Source: an uncultured Candidatus Saccharibacteria bacterium
GTDB taxonomy: Bacteria; Patescibacteriota; UBA1384; DTJR01
Direction of reading: 5' to 3'
NCBI GenBank assembly: GCA_964580065.1
Contig: CAZOJE010000003.1
Span: 18,441 to 82,440, forward strand
Length of the DNA: 64,000 nucleotides
The position numbers and the translations under genes were made by a program. The stretch's first letter is position 1. Each line of letters opens with the position of its first letter. The notes beneath the pieces are model-generated. The model saw nothing but the letters and a program-made list of their open reading frames with translations, did not search any database and had not been told where the DNA came from. Of the stretch, positions 11,617-22,189 are shown one piece after another.

Positions 11617-13668
11617 CTATTCTAAATGATCCGTTTCAAGAACTTTTTCAACCTTTTTTGACATTGCGCTAAATTCGTCTAACCGCCCAATATATTTTTC
11701 CGCTGCCGCTTGAGCACTTTTTAAAAGCGCTGTATCTTCCAGCCAAAGAGGGTTAATTTCGCTATAGCCCGATTGTACTAACCCCAAAATTGCCCCCGGC
11801 CCGCGCAACTGAAGGTCAATCTTTGATAGCTCAAATCCGTCCGTTGAGCCAACAAAGGCTTTGAGCCGTTTTTTTGTTTTTTCATTTTGAATGTTTTCCG
11901 AAAAAATAAAACAATACGATTGCAAATCATTACGACCGACGCGTCCCCTGAATTGATGCAATTGCGCCAGCCCAAATTTGTCCGCGTCCTCAATTATCAT
12001 CACCGTCGCGTTTGGAATATCCACTCCAACTTCAACGACACTCGTTGAAACAAGCACATCAATTTCACCCTTTTTCATTCGAGACATGATAGCCTCTTTT
12101 TCCGACGCCTTCATTTTGCCATGCAATTTTTCTATTCTCGTCGTCCCCAAAATCGTCTTAGCCAAATCGGCAAATTCCGTTTCAACCGCTTTTCGATCAT
12201 CGAGATCAAAAAGCGAATCGGAATTTTTCTGTTCAATAAAAGGACAGATCACAAACGCCTGCTGGCCAGCTTTTATTAAATTGAAAATAAATTTATAAGC
12301 GTCGGCTCTTTTTTGTTCGCTGATCAAATAAGTTTTAACCGGCAATCGGCCCGCTGGCTTCGAACGGATTATTGAAATATCCAAATTACCGAACAAAATG
12401 TGAGCCAAGGTACGAGGAATCGGCGTAGCCGATAGCGACAAAAAGTGGGGCGCTATATTTCCCGAAGCTAATTTTGCTCTTTGTTCAACGCCAAAACGAT
12501 GCTGTTCGTCCACCACCACCAAACCGACCTTTTCCAAGATAATGTCTTTTTGCAAAAGGGCGTGTGTACCGATTATTAAATCTGCATCTTCCAATTTTTC
12601 GGCTTGTTTTTTCATTTCTTTTTTCGTTGTAGCCGTTACAAGAGAAATTTTTATTTTCGTATCAGCTAAAAAACGGCGGGCTGTTTCATAATGTTGTTGA
12701 GATAGAATTTCGGTTGGCGCCAGCCAAACCGCTTTTAAACCATTAGAGGCAACCGCCACCGTGCCGGCAAGCGCCACCACAGTTTTGCCCGAACCAACAT
12801 CACCTTCAATGAGGCGGCTTGCCGGCACCTCTTTTTGCAAATCAGTTTTAATTTCGTCGATAACATTTTTTTGATCCTGTGTCAGTTTAAACGGTAATTT
12901 TGCAATAAAATCGTCCATTGCATCAAAATTTTTGATTTTATAAGCTGGCGACTGCTGATTTTTTTGTCTTTGCAAAAGATTGGCCAGCATAAAAATAAAA
13001 AGCTCACCAAAAATCAGCCGTCTTTTAGAAAGCCAAAATTCTTCCAACAAGCGCGGAAAATGCATCATTCGAATAGCTTGATTAATTTCGGGCAAATTAT
13101 TTTTTTTCAAAACTTCCGCCGGAATAAATTCCTCAACTTCATAATTCATTTTAAGAGCATTTTTCACCGCCCGAGAGATAATTTTTTGCGACAATTTGCC
13201 TGTTAGGGGATAAACCGGAATGATCGCGGCCGCGGCGTGCATTTCGGGGTTCGAAATAAAAATTTGTTTTTTTATAAAATCAAATTCTACTTGGCCGTAA
13301 AAAATCAGCTCCTGAGCGACTTTTAAAGATTGTTTTAAAAAAGGTTGGTTAAACCAGCGCGCCGGTATTTCACCAGTTTCATCAGACAAAGTTGCTTCAG
13401 TTAACCAAATTCTTTTACGCGCTGTTTTTGTTTGATTGACTTTTTCGATTGTCGCTTTAACCGCGACTTTTTCACCCCGCATACGCGGCAGATTCTTAAT
13501 TTCGGTCGTTTTGGTTAAATCGATAAAAGTACGCGGTTTGTATAAAAGCAAATCTTCGATCGTCACAACAGAGCATCGGGCAAAATCAGCTGCTAAGCGT
13601 TCGCCAATATAGGGGATTGCGCTAACCCGAGGCGGCCTATTTGTTTTTTCCGACATGGGCGAGAACAT
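11617..13668 (-). CDS. recG: ATP-dependent DNA helicase RecG
   Basis: GDVGSGKT, DEQHRFGVEQR, SATPIPRTL, QLHQFRGRVGR, DLQLRGPG. Confidence 0.96.
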   Translation of the reverse strand: MFSPMSEKTNRPPRVSAIPYIGERLAADFARCSVVTIEDLLLYKPRTFIDLTKTTEIKNLPRMRGEKVAVKATIEKVNQTKTARKRIWLTEATLSDETGEIPARWFNQPFLKQSLKVAQELIFYGQVEFDFIKKQIFISNPEMHAAAAIIPVYPLTGKLSQKIISRAVKNALKMNYEVEEFIPAEVLKKNNLPEINQAIRMMHFPRLLEEFWLSKRRLIFGELFIFMLANLLQRQKNQQSPAYKIKNFDAMDDFIAKLPFKLTQDQKNVIDEIKTDLQKEVPASRLIEGDVGSGKTVVALAGTVAVASNGLKAVWLAPTEILSQQHYETARRFLADTKIKISLVTATTKKEMKKQAEKLEDADLIIGTHALLQKDIILEKVGLVVVDEQHRFGVEQRAKLASGNIAPHFLSLSATPIPRTLAHILFGNLDISIIRSKPAGRLPVKTYLISEQKRADAYKFIFNLIKAGQQAFVICPFIEQKNSDSLFDLDDRKAVETEFADLAKTILGTTRIEKLHGKMKASEKEAIMSRMKKGEIDVLVSTSVVEVGVDIPNATVMIIEDADKFGLAQLHQFRGRVGRNDLQSYCFIFSENIQNEKTKKRLKAFVGSTDGFELSKIDLQLRGPGAILGLVQSGYSEINPLWLEDTALLKSAQAAAEKYIGRLDEFSAMSKKVEKVLETDHLE

Positions 13669-14203
13669 ATTTTATCTTTTCCTGAACTGTTTTTTTGTCT
13701 TCAGGAATTTTACTTAAATAGGGGATAATTTCTTGGCGTTTATAACCCAAACTGGTTAACGCTTCAAGCGTTTCGTCGTTTTCTCCCATTAAATCAGCTA
13801 TATCGCCAGACGCCTTGCCTTTAAGCTCAACAATAATTTTGGCCGCAACCTTTGTTCCTACGCCGCTAACTGCCCGAAAAGCATTTGAATCAGATTTGGC
13901 TAAAGCGGTCGTAAATTTTTCTTGGCCTAGTGTACCGATAATCGCCAAAGCCACCTTCGGACCAACCCCTGAAACCCCCAAAAGAAGTTCAAAAATTTTT
14001 AGCTCGCTAGGGGAGTCGAATCCGTAAAGATCGTCAGTGTCTTCTCTTATAAGATGATAGATAAAAAACTCCGCCTCGTCGCCCTCTTTTTTTCGCTCAA
14101 TTAAATCGGGTTTGGCGAAAACCTTATACCCCACTGCGCTATCCCCTACGGCCACATAATTGGCCCCTTTATAAATAATTTTTCCCTTAAGATAAGCTAT
14201 CAT
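13637..14203 (-). CDS. ruvA: Holliday junction branch migration protein RuvA
   Basis: MIAYLKG, VGYKV, LYGF, GVSGVGPKVAL, EALTSLGY. Confidence 0.95.
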   Translation of the reverse strand: MIAYLKGKIIYKGANYVAVGDSAVGYKVFAKPDLIERKKEGDEAEFFIYHLIREDTDDLYGFDSPSELKIFELLLGVSGVGPKVALAIIGTLGQEKFTTALAKSDSNAFRAVSGVGTKVAAKIIVELKGKASGDIADLMGENDETLEALTSLGYKRQEIIPYLSKIPEDKKTVQEKIKYVLAHVGKNK

Positions 14204-15080
14204 GTCTTGTCCTGCTAGTTGCGCGCATTTTTAAATTGTTTATGGCATTATATCCGGCAATCGCCGCTCCCACTGCCGGACCGATTTTGCCCAATGGCGA
14301 TTTTTTGACCTTTACACCGAGCTCGATAAAAGACGGCTCAAAGGCCGAAAAATTTTCTAAAATGTCGCCCGAAAGAATAAAAATCTCCGGATCAAAAAGC
14401 ATTTTTATATTAACCAAACCCGTCAACAAACTTTCTTTAAGATCTTTTAAAATCTGCTTTGAAACCAGTTCGCTTTGCGGATTTTCTTTGAGAATTTGAT
14501 AAATCGATCGGCCGGTTAGCGCTTCAATCCCCTCACCCGAAACCAACGCACCAAAACTGCCCGCGCTGTGCCGCTTTTCGCGAGTAATATCTAAAACCAT
14601 TTCGCGGATATTGCCCGAAGCATTGTGCTTGCCGCGATAAACTTTGCCGCCAACCACAAAGGCCGCCCCAACATCGCGGCCAATTTCCACAAAAGCAATG
14701 TCGCCAAATTCTTTGGCCGCTCCGAATGCCCTTTCCGCCAAGATCGAGCAAAATTCTCGTCTTTGGATAAAAATCGGTAAATTTAGCTTACGCGAAAGCA
14801 TTTGATAAATATCCGCCCCTTCGAGTTCTTTGATCGGCGAGCTGACAACTTTTTTACCGCTAGAATCAAAAACCGCCGGCAAAGCCACACCCACCGCTAT
14901 CGCTTGATGGAAATTTGGCAATGAAGTAACAGTTTTTTCGATTTTAGAAATAATTGATTCGCGTCCCAGTTTGGGAATATAAGGACGAGCCAGTTTTTCA
15001 ACCGTGGCAAAATTCCCGTCCAAAAGAACGGCTTCGATCCCGCCAAGCCCATAGCTGACACCCGCAATATATTTGTTCAT
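14187..15080 (-). CDS. Degenerate ROK-family protein (probable pseudokinase)
   Basis: ROK-like layout (AVGVALPA, AERAFGAAK, GKVYRG, FDPEIFILSG, VGAA) but catalytic motifs altered. Confidence 0.7.
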   Translation of the reverse strand: MNKYIAGVSYGLGGIEAVLLDGNFATVEKLARPYIPKLGRESIISKIEKTVTSLPNFHQAIAVGVALPAVFDSSGKKVVSSPIKELEGADIYQMLSRKLNLPIFIQRREFCSILAERAFGAAKEFGDIAFVEIGRDVGAAFVVGGKVYRGKHNASGNIREMVLDITREKRHSAGSFGALVSGEGIEALTGRSIYQILKENPQSELVSKQILKDLKESLLTGLVNIKMLFDPEIFILSGDILENFSAFEPSFIELGVKVKKSPLGKIGPAVGAAIAGYNAINNLKMRATSRTRHDSLS

Positions 15081-15180
15081 ATGCTTAAAATACTACGCGC
15101 TAACCTTAAACACAACCCTAACCCTTAAGGGTAATCTTGTATTCAAGAAACAAAGTCCTGTGTCGCTCGAGCCAAAATAA

Positions 15181-16107
15181 TTATTTTTTGAGATTTTCGT
15201 AAATTTCTCTTATTCCGTCTTCTAGCTCAACGGTCGGACTGTAACCAAGTTCGGTGGAAATTTTGTTGATATCGGCTAATTGCGATCTAACGTAGCCCTC
15301 TTTGACTGGATTAGGAATAAAATTCGGCTCGATATTCTTGCCCATGACTTTATTAATCACACCAACCAGATCAATTAAATTGATACATTTATTGGTGCCG
15401 ATATTAAAGACTGTAAAGCCATATTTTTTTTCATTCAACATCGCTTTTTCAATACCTTGAACGACATCTTTGACGTTAGTAAAGTCGCGCTCTTGCTTTC
15501 CGTCGCCGTACAAAACTGGCTGTTCGTCTTTAGCCATAAGCCAAATAAATTGCGAAACAAGATTAGCAAAAGTGCCCTTATGGTTTTCGTTCAAACCATA
15601 AATTGACATAAAACGAAAAGCAATTATTTCTAATTCCTCCGAGGAAGAAAACACGCGCGATGCGCCTTCTTGGGCAAATTTTGTGACCGAATAATGATTC
15701 GGCGGCGTGACTTGCTGATCTTCAGTCAACGGCGTGGGATTGTTACCGTAAATCGAACTGGTCGAAGCAAACAGCATTTTTTTGGCGCCGATTTCCTTAG
15801 CAAACTGCATCACGCGAATGTGGCCAGCGACGTTATTTTGATAGGCCCAATACATATCATTAGCAAACATCGGCGCCGAGGAAGAGGCCGCCAAATGAAC
15901 AATATAATCAAAGCTGTTGCCCGTTCGCTCAAGATCTTCTTTTTTATTTACGTCACCCTCAACAAATCTCACTTTATCCGAAAGATTTTCTGTTTTGCCC
16001 AAAGACAAATTATCAATCACAACAACTTCATGGCCTTTTTCAGCCATCATGTTAGCAAGATTACTGCCGATAAATCCCGCCCCGCCCGTTACTAAAATTT
16101 TTGCCAT
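15181..16107 (-). CDS. NAD-dependent nucleotide-sugar epimerase/dehydratase (extended SDR)
   Basis: ILVTGGAGFIGS, YSVTK, GDGKQERDF; SD GGAGG before ATG 16107. Confidence 0.9.
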   Translation of the reverse strand: MAKILVTGGAGFIGSNLANMMAEKGHEVVVIDNLSLGKTENLSDKVRFVEGDVNKKEDLERTGNSFDYIVHLAASSSAPMFANDMYWAYQNNVAGHIRVMQFAKEIGAKKMLFASTSSIYGNNPTPLTEDQQVTPPNHYSVTKFAQEGASRVFSSSEELEIIAFRFMSIYGLNENHKGTFANLVSQFIWLMAKDEQPVLYGDGKQERDFTNVKDVVQGIEKAMLNEKKYGFTVFNIGTNKCINLIDLVGVINKVMGKNIEPNFIPNPVKEGYVRSQLADINKISTELGYSPTVELEDGIREIYENLKK

Positions 16108-16161
16108 ATTTTCCTCCATTTCAGGCCGATTAGCAACCAGCCCAAAATCTCATTTACGTTT

Positions 16162-17496
16162 TTATTTTTCAATTAATTCTTTAACTTCTTGCGTTTTTGC
16201 CTTCAATAGTTTTTCATTTTTTGCTTCCAAATTCAACTTGGCCGCTGGCTCGGTGTTGGAAGCGCGAAAATTCATTCGCCAGTCGGGATATTCTATTGTC
16301 AGACCGTCAAGATCATCTTGTTTGGCATCAGTATACTTGGTTTTTAGCTTACTGATAATTGCCGAGGGGTCTTCAATTTTGAATTTAATTTCGTCAATCA
16401 TGAAATGATCTTTTTGAAACGGCGCCACCAATTCGGAAATTTTTTTGCCCGATTTAGACAACAACTCCCAAATCAACAAAAACGGAATAATGCCATTATC
16501 CATGAAATGTGTTTCTTCAAAAAAATAATGGGCGGTCATTTCAGCGCCAAATGAAGCCCCAACCCGCCCCATCGTTTCTTTCATAAAACGATAGCCCGAT
16601 TTAGAAGTCACCATTTCAACCCCTACTTTTTGGCAGGCGTTTTGTAGCGGCCAAATAATGCGCGGGTCGCAAACAATTGGTCTTTTGCCATGCTTAGACA
16701 CAATCGTTTCAACTAAAGCGGCTGTGATATAGGGAGCATTGATGAAATTGCCTTTTTCGTCCAAGAAAAAAACCCGATCGCCGTCGCCGTCCCACATTAA
16801 GGTAAAATCATAATCACCCGCCGCCGCTTTTTGCAAAGCTTCCTTTTGAATTTCCGGATTTAGAGGATTTGGTTCACAAAGACCGCCGAATTTGAAATCG
16901 GGCTGTTTGTGAATGAAATCTGCCTCAACCGGCAAATCTTTCAAAATTTTATCAATAATCAATCCGACCGATCCATGCGTCGTGTCAAAAAGAAGTTTTT
17001 TTCGGCTAAGCTTTTTTTCATCAATCAAAGAGCGGACAAAATTAACGTAATCGTCAAAAATATCAACTTTCTTCACTGTACCTTTGGGCCCATCATACGG
17101 CTCCACACCCTCGAGAGAAAATTTTTTCAACTGCTCGTCATTACCAGCAATCGTAACAGCGTCCTCTCGCATCATCTTCATACCGCCATAGCCGACCGGA
17201 TTGTGCGAAGCGGACAAAATAATTCCACCATCAAGGCCGTAATTAAAAACGGCAAAACCAATCATCGGGTTAGTCATTTGCCCCGCGTCTTGAACATTTA
17301 CACCACGATCAGTTAAGGCCTTAACCACCGCCGCAAACATTTTGTCGCTAGCTTCGCGCAAGTCCCGTCCCACCACCACCATTTTCGGTTTTATTTTTTC
17401 CGCATAAGCCGAGGCGATTTTGTAAGCCACCTCTTCATTTACTTGATCCGGGTAAGTGCCCCTGATGTCATAAGCGCGAAATATTTTTTCGTCCAC
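16162..17496 (-). CDS. manB: Phosphomannomutase/phosphoglucomutase
   Basis: IFRAYDIRG, SASHNP, DGDGDR, RASNTEP; likely GTG start 17496 after GGAGGG. Confidence 0.9.
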   Translation of the reverse strand: MDEKIFRAYDIRGTYPDQVNEEVAYKIASAYAEKIKPKMVVVGRDLREASDKMFAAVVKALTDRGVNVQDAGQMTNPMIGFAVFNYGLDGGIILSASHNPVGYGGMKMMREDAVTIAGNDEQLKKFSLEGVEPYDGPKGTVKKVDIFDDYVNFVRSLIDEKKLSRKKLLFDTTHGSVGLIIDKILKDLPVEADFIHKQPDFKFGGLCEPNPLNPEIQKEALQKAAAGDYDFTLMWDGDGDRVFFLDEKGNFINAPYITAALVETIVSKHGKRPIVCDPRIIWPLQNACQKVGVEMVTSKSGYRFMKETMGRVGASFGAEMTAHYFFEETHFMDNGIIPFLLIWELLSKSGKKISELVAPFQKDHFMIDEIKFKIEDPSAIISKLKTKYTDAKQDDLDGLTIEYPDWRMNFRASNTEPAAKLNLEAKNEKLLKAKTQEVKELIEK

Positions 17497-17519
17497 TGTA
17501 CCCTCCGATTTTAGTTTTA

Positions 17520-18611
17520 TCAAAGATATAAATGCTTCCCTTCGTCTTTGAGTTTTTCAAGCAATTTCTTTACATCTTGGGCTTTGTTTCTGTTGGCAAT
17601 TAATATTGCATCGGGAGTATCTATCACAATTACGTCCTCCAGCCCCAATGTTGCAATCATTTTGTCGCCGGCATAAATGAGAGAATTCTGACTATCAACA
17701 TCGAGATGGTAACCTCGCGAAATCATTTTTGTGCTGTAATGCTCGCTTAAAACATCAAATAATGTCCCCCAGTTGCCAATGTCGCTCCAACCCAAATCAG
17801 CCGGAATAACTAAAATCTTCTTAAAATCAGGTTGCTCGATAATAGCGTTCTCGAACTGTTCCGATTCTAACGAACCATAAAGGTTCTTTATTTTGATTTG
17901 GGTAGCGCCGTTCCCCGTTCCAGTCAATTTGCCGATTTCGCTTATGACTTCGGCCATTTCGGGACGATATTTTTTGATCCAGCCGCTTAACTTTGCCGCT
18001 TTGAAAAAGTAATAAGCGCCGTTCCAGAGATATTCCCAGCTCTGCAAATATTTTTCGGCCGTTTTTTGGTCTGGTTTTTCGACAAATTTTTCCACTTCAA
18101 AAATCTTTTCGGAATCAATTTCACACAAAGACGAGCCGATTTTGATGTAGCCCAACCCCGTGTCTGGCTTAGTTGGGTTGATACCAACCGCCACTAAATG
18201 ATCGGGATATTTTTTCACTGCTTCAAAAGCAATCTTGACGGTGTTGACAAAAATATCAACATTTTTGACAATGTGGTCTGAAGCAATGGTGGCAATGACA
18301 GCGTCTTTATCGCGCTTGCCGATAATTTCAGCAATATATGCTAGAGCTGGCGCGGTATTTTTGCCCGAGGGCTCAATGATGAAATTTTCTTCCGGAACAT
18401 TTGGCAGCTGTTTTTTGACTTCCTCGGCATATTGAGAAACCGTCGAGACAAAAATATTTTTTTCCGCTAAAGCCCTGGATAGGCGACTATATGTCTCCTG
18501 AATCAAAGTTTTTTCCGAAACTAAATTATGAAACTGTTTTGGTTTCTTTTTGCGGCTCATCGGCCAAAGTCTGGTACCCGACCCACCCGCCATTATCACG
18601 GCATAATTCAT
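17520..18611 (-). CDS. manC: Mannose-1-phosphate guanylyltransferase
   Basis: AGGSGTRLWPMSR..PKQF, EPSGKNTAPA, FVEKPD, GWSDIG. Confidence 0.93.
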   Translation of the reverse strand: MNYAVIMAGGSGTRLWPMSRKKKPKQFHNLVSEKTLIQETYSRLSRALAEKNIFVSTVSQYAEEVKKQLPNVPEENFIIEPSGKNTAPALAYIAEIIGKRDKDAVIATIASDHIVKNVDIFVNTVKIAFEAVKKYPDHLVAVGINPTKPDTGLGYIKIGSSLCEIDSEKIFEVEKFVEKPDQKTAEKYLQSWEYLWNGAYYFFKAAKLSGWIKKYRPEMAEVISEIGKLTGTGNGATQIKIKNLYGSLESEQFENAIIEQPDFKKILVIPADLGWSDIGNWGTLFDVLSEHYSTKMISRGYHLDVDSQNSLIYAGDKMIATLGLEDVIVIDTPDAILIANRNKAQDVKKLLEKLKDEGKHLYL

Positions 18612-18758
18612 ATCTCCTCGCTTTCGTTTGCTTAATTTAATTAATTATAAAACTATATTAGCGAAATAACATAAAAAATAGCTTTATTGTTAATTAAATC
18701 GATGCTTAATAACTATATGATATTATCATAAAAAGCAAATAGGGCACAAGATTTTTGC

Positions 18759-20270
18759 CTATTTTTTTGTCTTCGGCGAGACCAAAGAATCAACCAAAGC
18801 AACCAGTTTTTTGTAATAGTTTTTAGCTTCCTCTCTCGAGTGGCCAATACAAACCGCGCCGAAACGACCAAGTTCAGTTATCATACCGGGCATAAATAAA
18901 ATGACGCCCTTCTTTGTATCTTTATTGAAAGAGATTTTGCTAGAAGCAACTGTCTCAATCAAAGTTTTTGGTGTTAATTTTTTATACTTTTCCGATTCTA
19001 TAAAGTCCATAGAGTAGTAATAAATTGGAGTATCACCGCATTGTAGCAGACCTGTTTTGCGGTTATATTTCGCTCCAGTCAAGAAATAAGTAATCCTAAA
19101 TGGATGTGTCGTCCCGCCTTTACGCAAATTAATTTCGATGGGATAAACCGTAAAATTGTCTGACTGTTTAACGGCTAGAAAATCTATCGAAAAATTTCCT
19201 ACCATACCTTTTTTCGACATCCAATTTGCAACTAATTCAGCTTGTTTGATTATCTCTTTTTTATAATTCTCGTTGGCAGGGAATTCACATCCCGCATAGC
19301 GCTGGCTACCCGGGCCGCCCAATATTTGCTCATGCGTAGAAACTATATTCACTTTTCCCGATGGCAAAAGCTGGATTTGAACGCTCGGAGAATGATTTTT
19401 TCCTCCTATATAAAGTTCGCAAATCCCTCCCAACCTATCAAATTCTTTTTTAAATCCTGCATAATTTTGTTTTTCTGATTGAAAAATGGCATATTTATCA
19501 AATCTTTTTTCAAAAATATCAAAAGCTGTCTTACTGGAAATTTTTCCTTGATTATTCAATTCATCCGATAAAAAATCGCCCATATTAAAAATACAGTTTC
19601 CCTTGCCAGACGAGCTTTCATTAAGTTTAATCATAATCTTTTCAGATCCAGGAGAATCTTCGTATAATTTAACCATTTTTTCGAAAAGCAAAACGGTGCT
19701 TTTGATATAAGCAAAACCATTAATCAGCTTTAAACCGACAAGTTGAAATATTTTCCTAGCACCACTTTTAGTGCCAATATAGTCAAACTTTTCCCGATGG
19801 CCAAAAATAGAAATGCCTAATTCTTTAGCTATAGCCCTTTCTTGTGCTGTTGTATTATAACAACGCAACATTGCCATCGCTTTATTCGGAATGCTGTCTG
19901 ATATTTTTTTCAACGCACCCTCATCCTTCAGCAATCTTTCCGATAAAGATTGAACTGAAGCGGCGCTTGTTTTGTTTACTTCAATATGTACTAATCTTGC
20001 AAACGCACTCTTAATTTCGTTTGGCTTGGTAAAAATTGTCGATATGTAATATTCAAAAAGCTCTGTGTTAAATCCTTCAGAAGTAACATATATAATTCGG
20101 GTTTTTTTATACTTTAAAAGGAACAAGAAAAACAACATCCTTTCCTCATAGAAGTCGAGTCCTTTAACCAGCGAAAGATTAAAACTGTCAGAATTCAAAC
20201 CAGACAACACGACAAAGGTACGCTCGTCGCGACAGTCTAAATCGGCTATTTTTTTGGCTATTTTTTTCAT
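18759..20270 (-). CDS. PGM1-related ATP-grasp peptide ligase
   Basis: YEERMLFFL..TRIIYVTS, GTKSGARKIF, KLNESSSGKGN, STHEQILGG, EINLRKGGTTHP match the PGM1-like family. Confidence 0.8.
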   Translation of the reverse strand: MKKIAKKIADLDCRDERTFVVLSGLNSDSFNLSLVKGLDFYEERMLFFLFLLKYKKTRIIYVTSEGFNTELFEYYISTIFTKPNEIKSAFARLVHIEVNKTSAASVQSLSERLLKDEGALKKISDSIPNKAMAMLRCYNTTAQERAIAKELGISIFGHREKFDYIGTKSGARKIFQLVGLKLINGFAYIKSTVLLFEKMVKLYEDSPGSEKIMIKLNESSSGKGNCIFNMGDFLSDELNNQGKISSKTAFDIFEKRFDKYAIFQSEKQNYAGFKKEFDRLGGICELYIGGKNHSPSVQIQLLPSGKVNIVSTHEQILGGPGSQRYAGCEFPANENYKKEIIKQAELVANWMSKKGMVGNFSIDFLAVKQSDNFTVYPIEINLRKGGTTHPFRITYFLTGAKYNRKTGLLQCGDTPIYYYSMDFIESEKYKKLTPKTLIETVASSKISFNKDTKKGVILFMPGMITELGRFGAVCIGHSREEAKNYYKKLVALVDSLVSPKTKK

Positions 20271-20360
20271 TGTAAAAATTGTTTTTACTGTCTTACGGAT
20301 TGATTATCAGATTAAATATAGGTATAATTTACACTGGAAAACTAAGTTTGGCAACCAAAA

Positions 20361-21230
20361 ATGATTAAAATTGCAATTATTACAACTGATAATCCCAGAA
20401 CCGACCCCAGTATTACGTTACTAGTGTCCCAGCAGGAGGAGTTTGGGGTACAATTCATTATAATTAATCCATATAAAAAATATGATGGCGGAACTTTCGA
20501 TGATATAGATATTTTTTACCCCAGAATAACTGGCAGAGACGAAAAAGATATCGAAAACCAAATAAATTTTTACATCAAATTGGTAAAAAAATATCACAAA
20601 CCGTACATCGGCAATCTTAAATATCTGCCACACCAGAAAGACAAATACTACCAAAGCAAATGGGCAACAGAAACAGGTCTAACAGTACCAGCCACGTTCA
20701 AATACTCACCATTTTTTTTATCAAGAAAAATAGAAAAATTAGGTGGTTTGCCAATTGTCTTGAAAGCAAGAGAGTCATTTGGTGGCGCAGATGTTCACCT
20801 TGTTGAAAGCATGTCTGACTTCAGAAAAAAAATTGCTCCTGACAAAAAATATATAGTACAGCAATTTTTAAAATCCAAAGACCTAGCTAAAGATTATAGG
20901 GTGTACATAGTTGGCAACAGAATTGTTGGAGGGCTAATAAGAACCAGTCAATCAGAAACCGAATTTAGGTCAAACACATCGTTAGGCGCGATAGCAGAAT
21001 TCAACAACCCGGGGTCAGGCCTTTCCGCTTTGGCAAAAAAATATGTCAAATCGTTTGGATTTGAAATAATGTGTGTTGATTTTATGAAATATAAAGGCCG
21101 ATATTATTTCGTCGAAGCCAATGATGCATTTTCCGTTAAAACCGATAATGAACCACAAAAAATCGTTGTTTCCCGCTCAATAATAAGCTACCTTAAAAAT
21201 AAAGTTAATGAGTACAAAAATGGAAAGTAA
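20361..21230 (+). CDS. RimK/LysX-like ATP-grasp ligase
   Basis: DKYYQ, LPIVLK..SFGG..V, DYRVYIVG, FRSNTSLGA, VDF..YFVEAN. Confidence 0.85.
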   Translation: MIKIAIITTDNPRTDPSITLLVSQQEEFGVQFIIINPYKKYDGGTFDDIDIFYPRITGRDEKDIENQINFYIKLVKKYHKPYIGNLKYLPHQKDKYYQSKWATETGLTVPATFKYSPFFLSRKIEKLGGLPIVLKARESFGGADVHLVESMSDFRKKIAPDKKYIVQQFLKSKDLAKDYRVYIVGNRIVGGLIRTSQSETEFRSNTSLGAIAEFNNPGSGLSALAKKYVKSFGFEIMCVDFMKYKGRYYFVEANDAFSVKTDNEPQKIVVSRSIISYLKNKVNEYKNGK

Positions 21231-22188
21231 ATTAATCGAACACAAATCACTTGCTTACATTATCGACGAATGTAAGAAAAGGGGCGTAGCTTGCAAGATT
21301 TTGTTCATAAACGTCCTCGAGTTAGAGTATGGCGGGAGAAAAGAGATTTTATATGATATTTTGAGTCCTAAAACGTCTGCTACTGCCTATTGTATCTGCA
21401 AATCCAAAGATACCGCAAAATATTTTCTCAAAAAAGCCGGTCTCTCAACTCCCAATGGGATTTCGTTCGATCGTAGCAAAGAGGATCATGCTTTGGATTA
21501 TATCCGAAAAGAGAACTTTAATTGCGTAATGAAACCCAATGATGGTTTGGGCGGCGATTTGGTTTTCACTGACATCGACTCGATCAGCGACTTTAAAAAT
21601 GCCTGGAAAGAAATCTTAAGTAAATACGAAAGAGTTCTGATTGAAAAAAAAGTGGCCGGAGATGAATACAGGTTCTTAGCCACAAAAAATAAGACCCTGT
21701 CTATTACTAAAAGGGTTCCTGCATATATTATAGGAAACGGTAAAAATTCCATCAGACAACTCATAGATATAAAAAATGACCGCGCCATCAGCGAAGGACG
21801 TAAAAATATTTCGCCCGACAATCCTATGGCCAATCATTTGGCCAAACAAGGTCTGACTCTTGATTCTATAATCGAAAACAAAAAAACTGTTTATCTAAGA
21901 CAAAACACAAATACTTCAACGGGTGGTGAAAGCATTAGCTTCGCCAAATATATCAATTCAAGTTTAGCTGATGTAGCAGTTAAAGCAGTCAACGCGATTC
22001 CAGGTTTAGAGTGGGCGGGGGTAGATATTATGACAGAGAATATTGATGGTAGTGAAAATTACAATATTATCGAAATAAATGCCAGCCCCGGAATCAATAT
22101 TCACCAAAACCCAACCGTCGGTGAAAAAGTTAACGTCGCCTCCGACATACTAGAAACAATTTTTCCGGAGTTAAAAAAGAAGTTTTAA
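21208..22188 (+). CDS. Standalone cyanophycin synthetase/GshF-type ATP-grasp protein
   Basis: SKDTAKYFL..AGLSTP, VMKPNDG, RVPAYIIGNGKNSI, NTSTGG, AGVDI, IEINASPG. Confidence 0.8.
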   Translation: MSTKMESKLIEHKSLAYIIDECKKRGVACKILFINVLELEYGGRKEILYDILSPKTSATAYCICKSKDTAKYFLKKAGLSTPNGISFDRSKEDHALDYIRKENFNCVMKPNDGLGGDLVFTDIDSISDFKNAWKEILSKYERVLIEKKVAGDEYRFLATKNKTLSITKRVPAYIIGNGKNSIRQLIDIKNDRAISEGRKNISPDNPMANHLAKQGLTLDSIIENKKTVYLRQNTNTSTGGESISFAKYINSSLADVAVKAVNAIPGLEWAGVDIMTENIDGSENYNIIEINASPGINIHQNPTVGEKVNVASDILETIFPELKKKF

Positions 22189-22189
22189 A

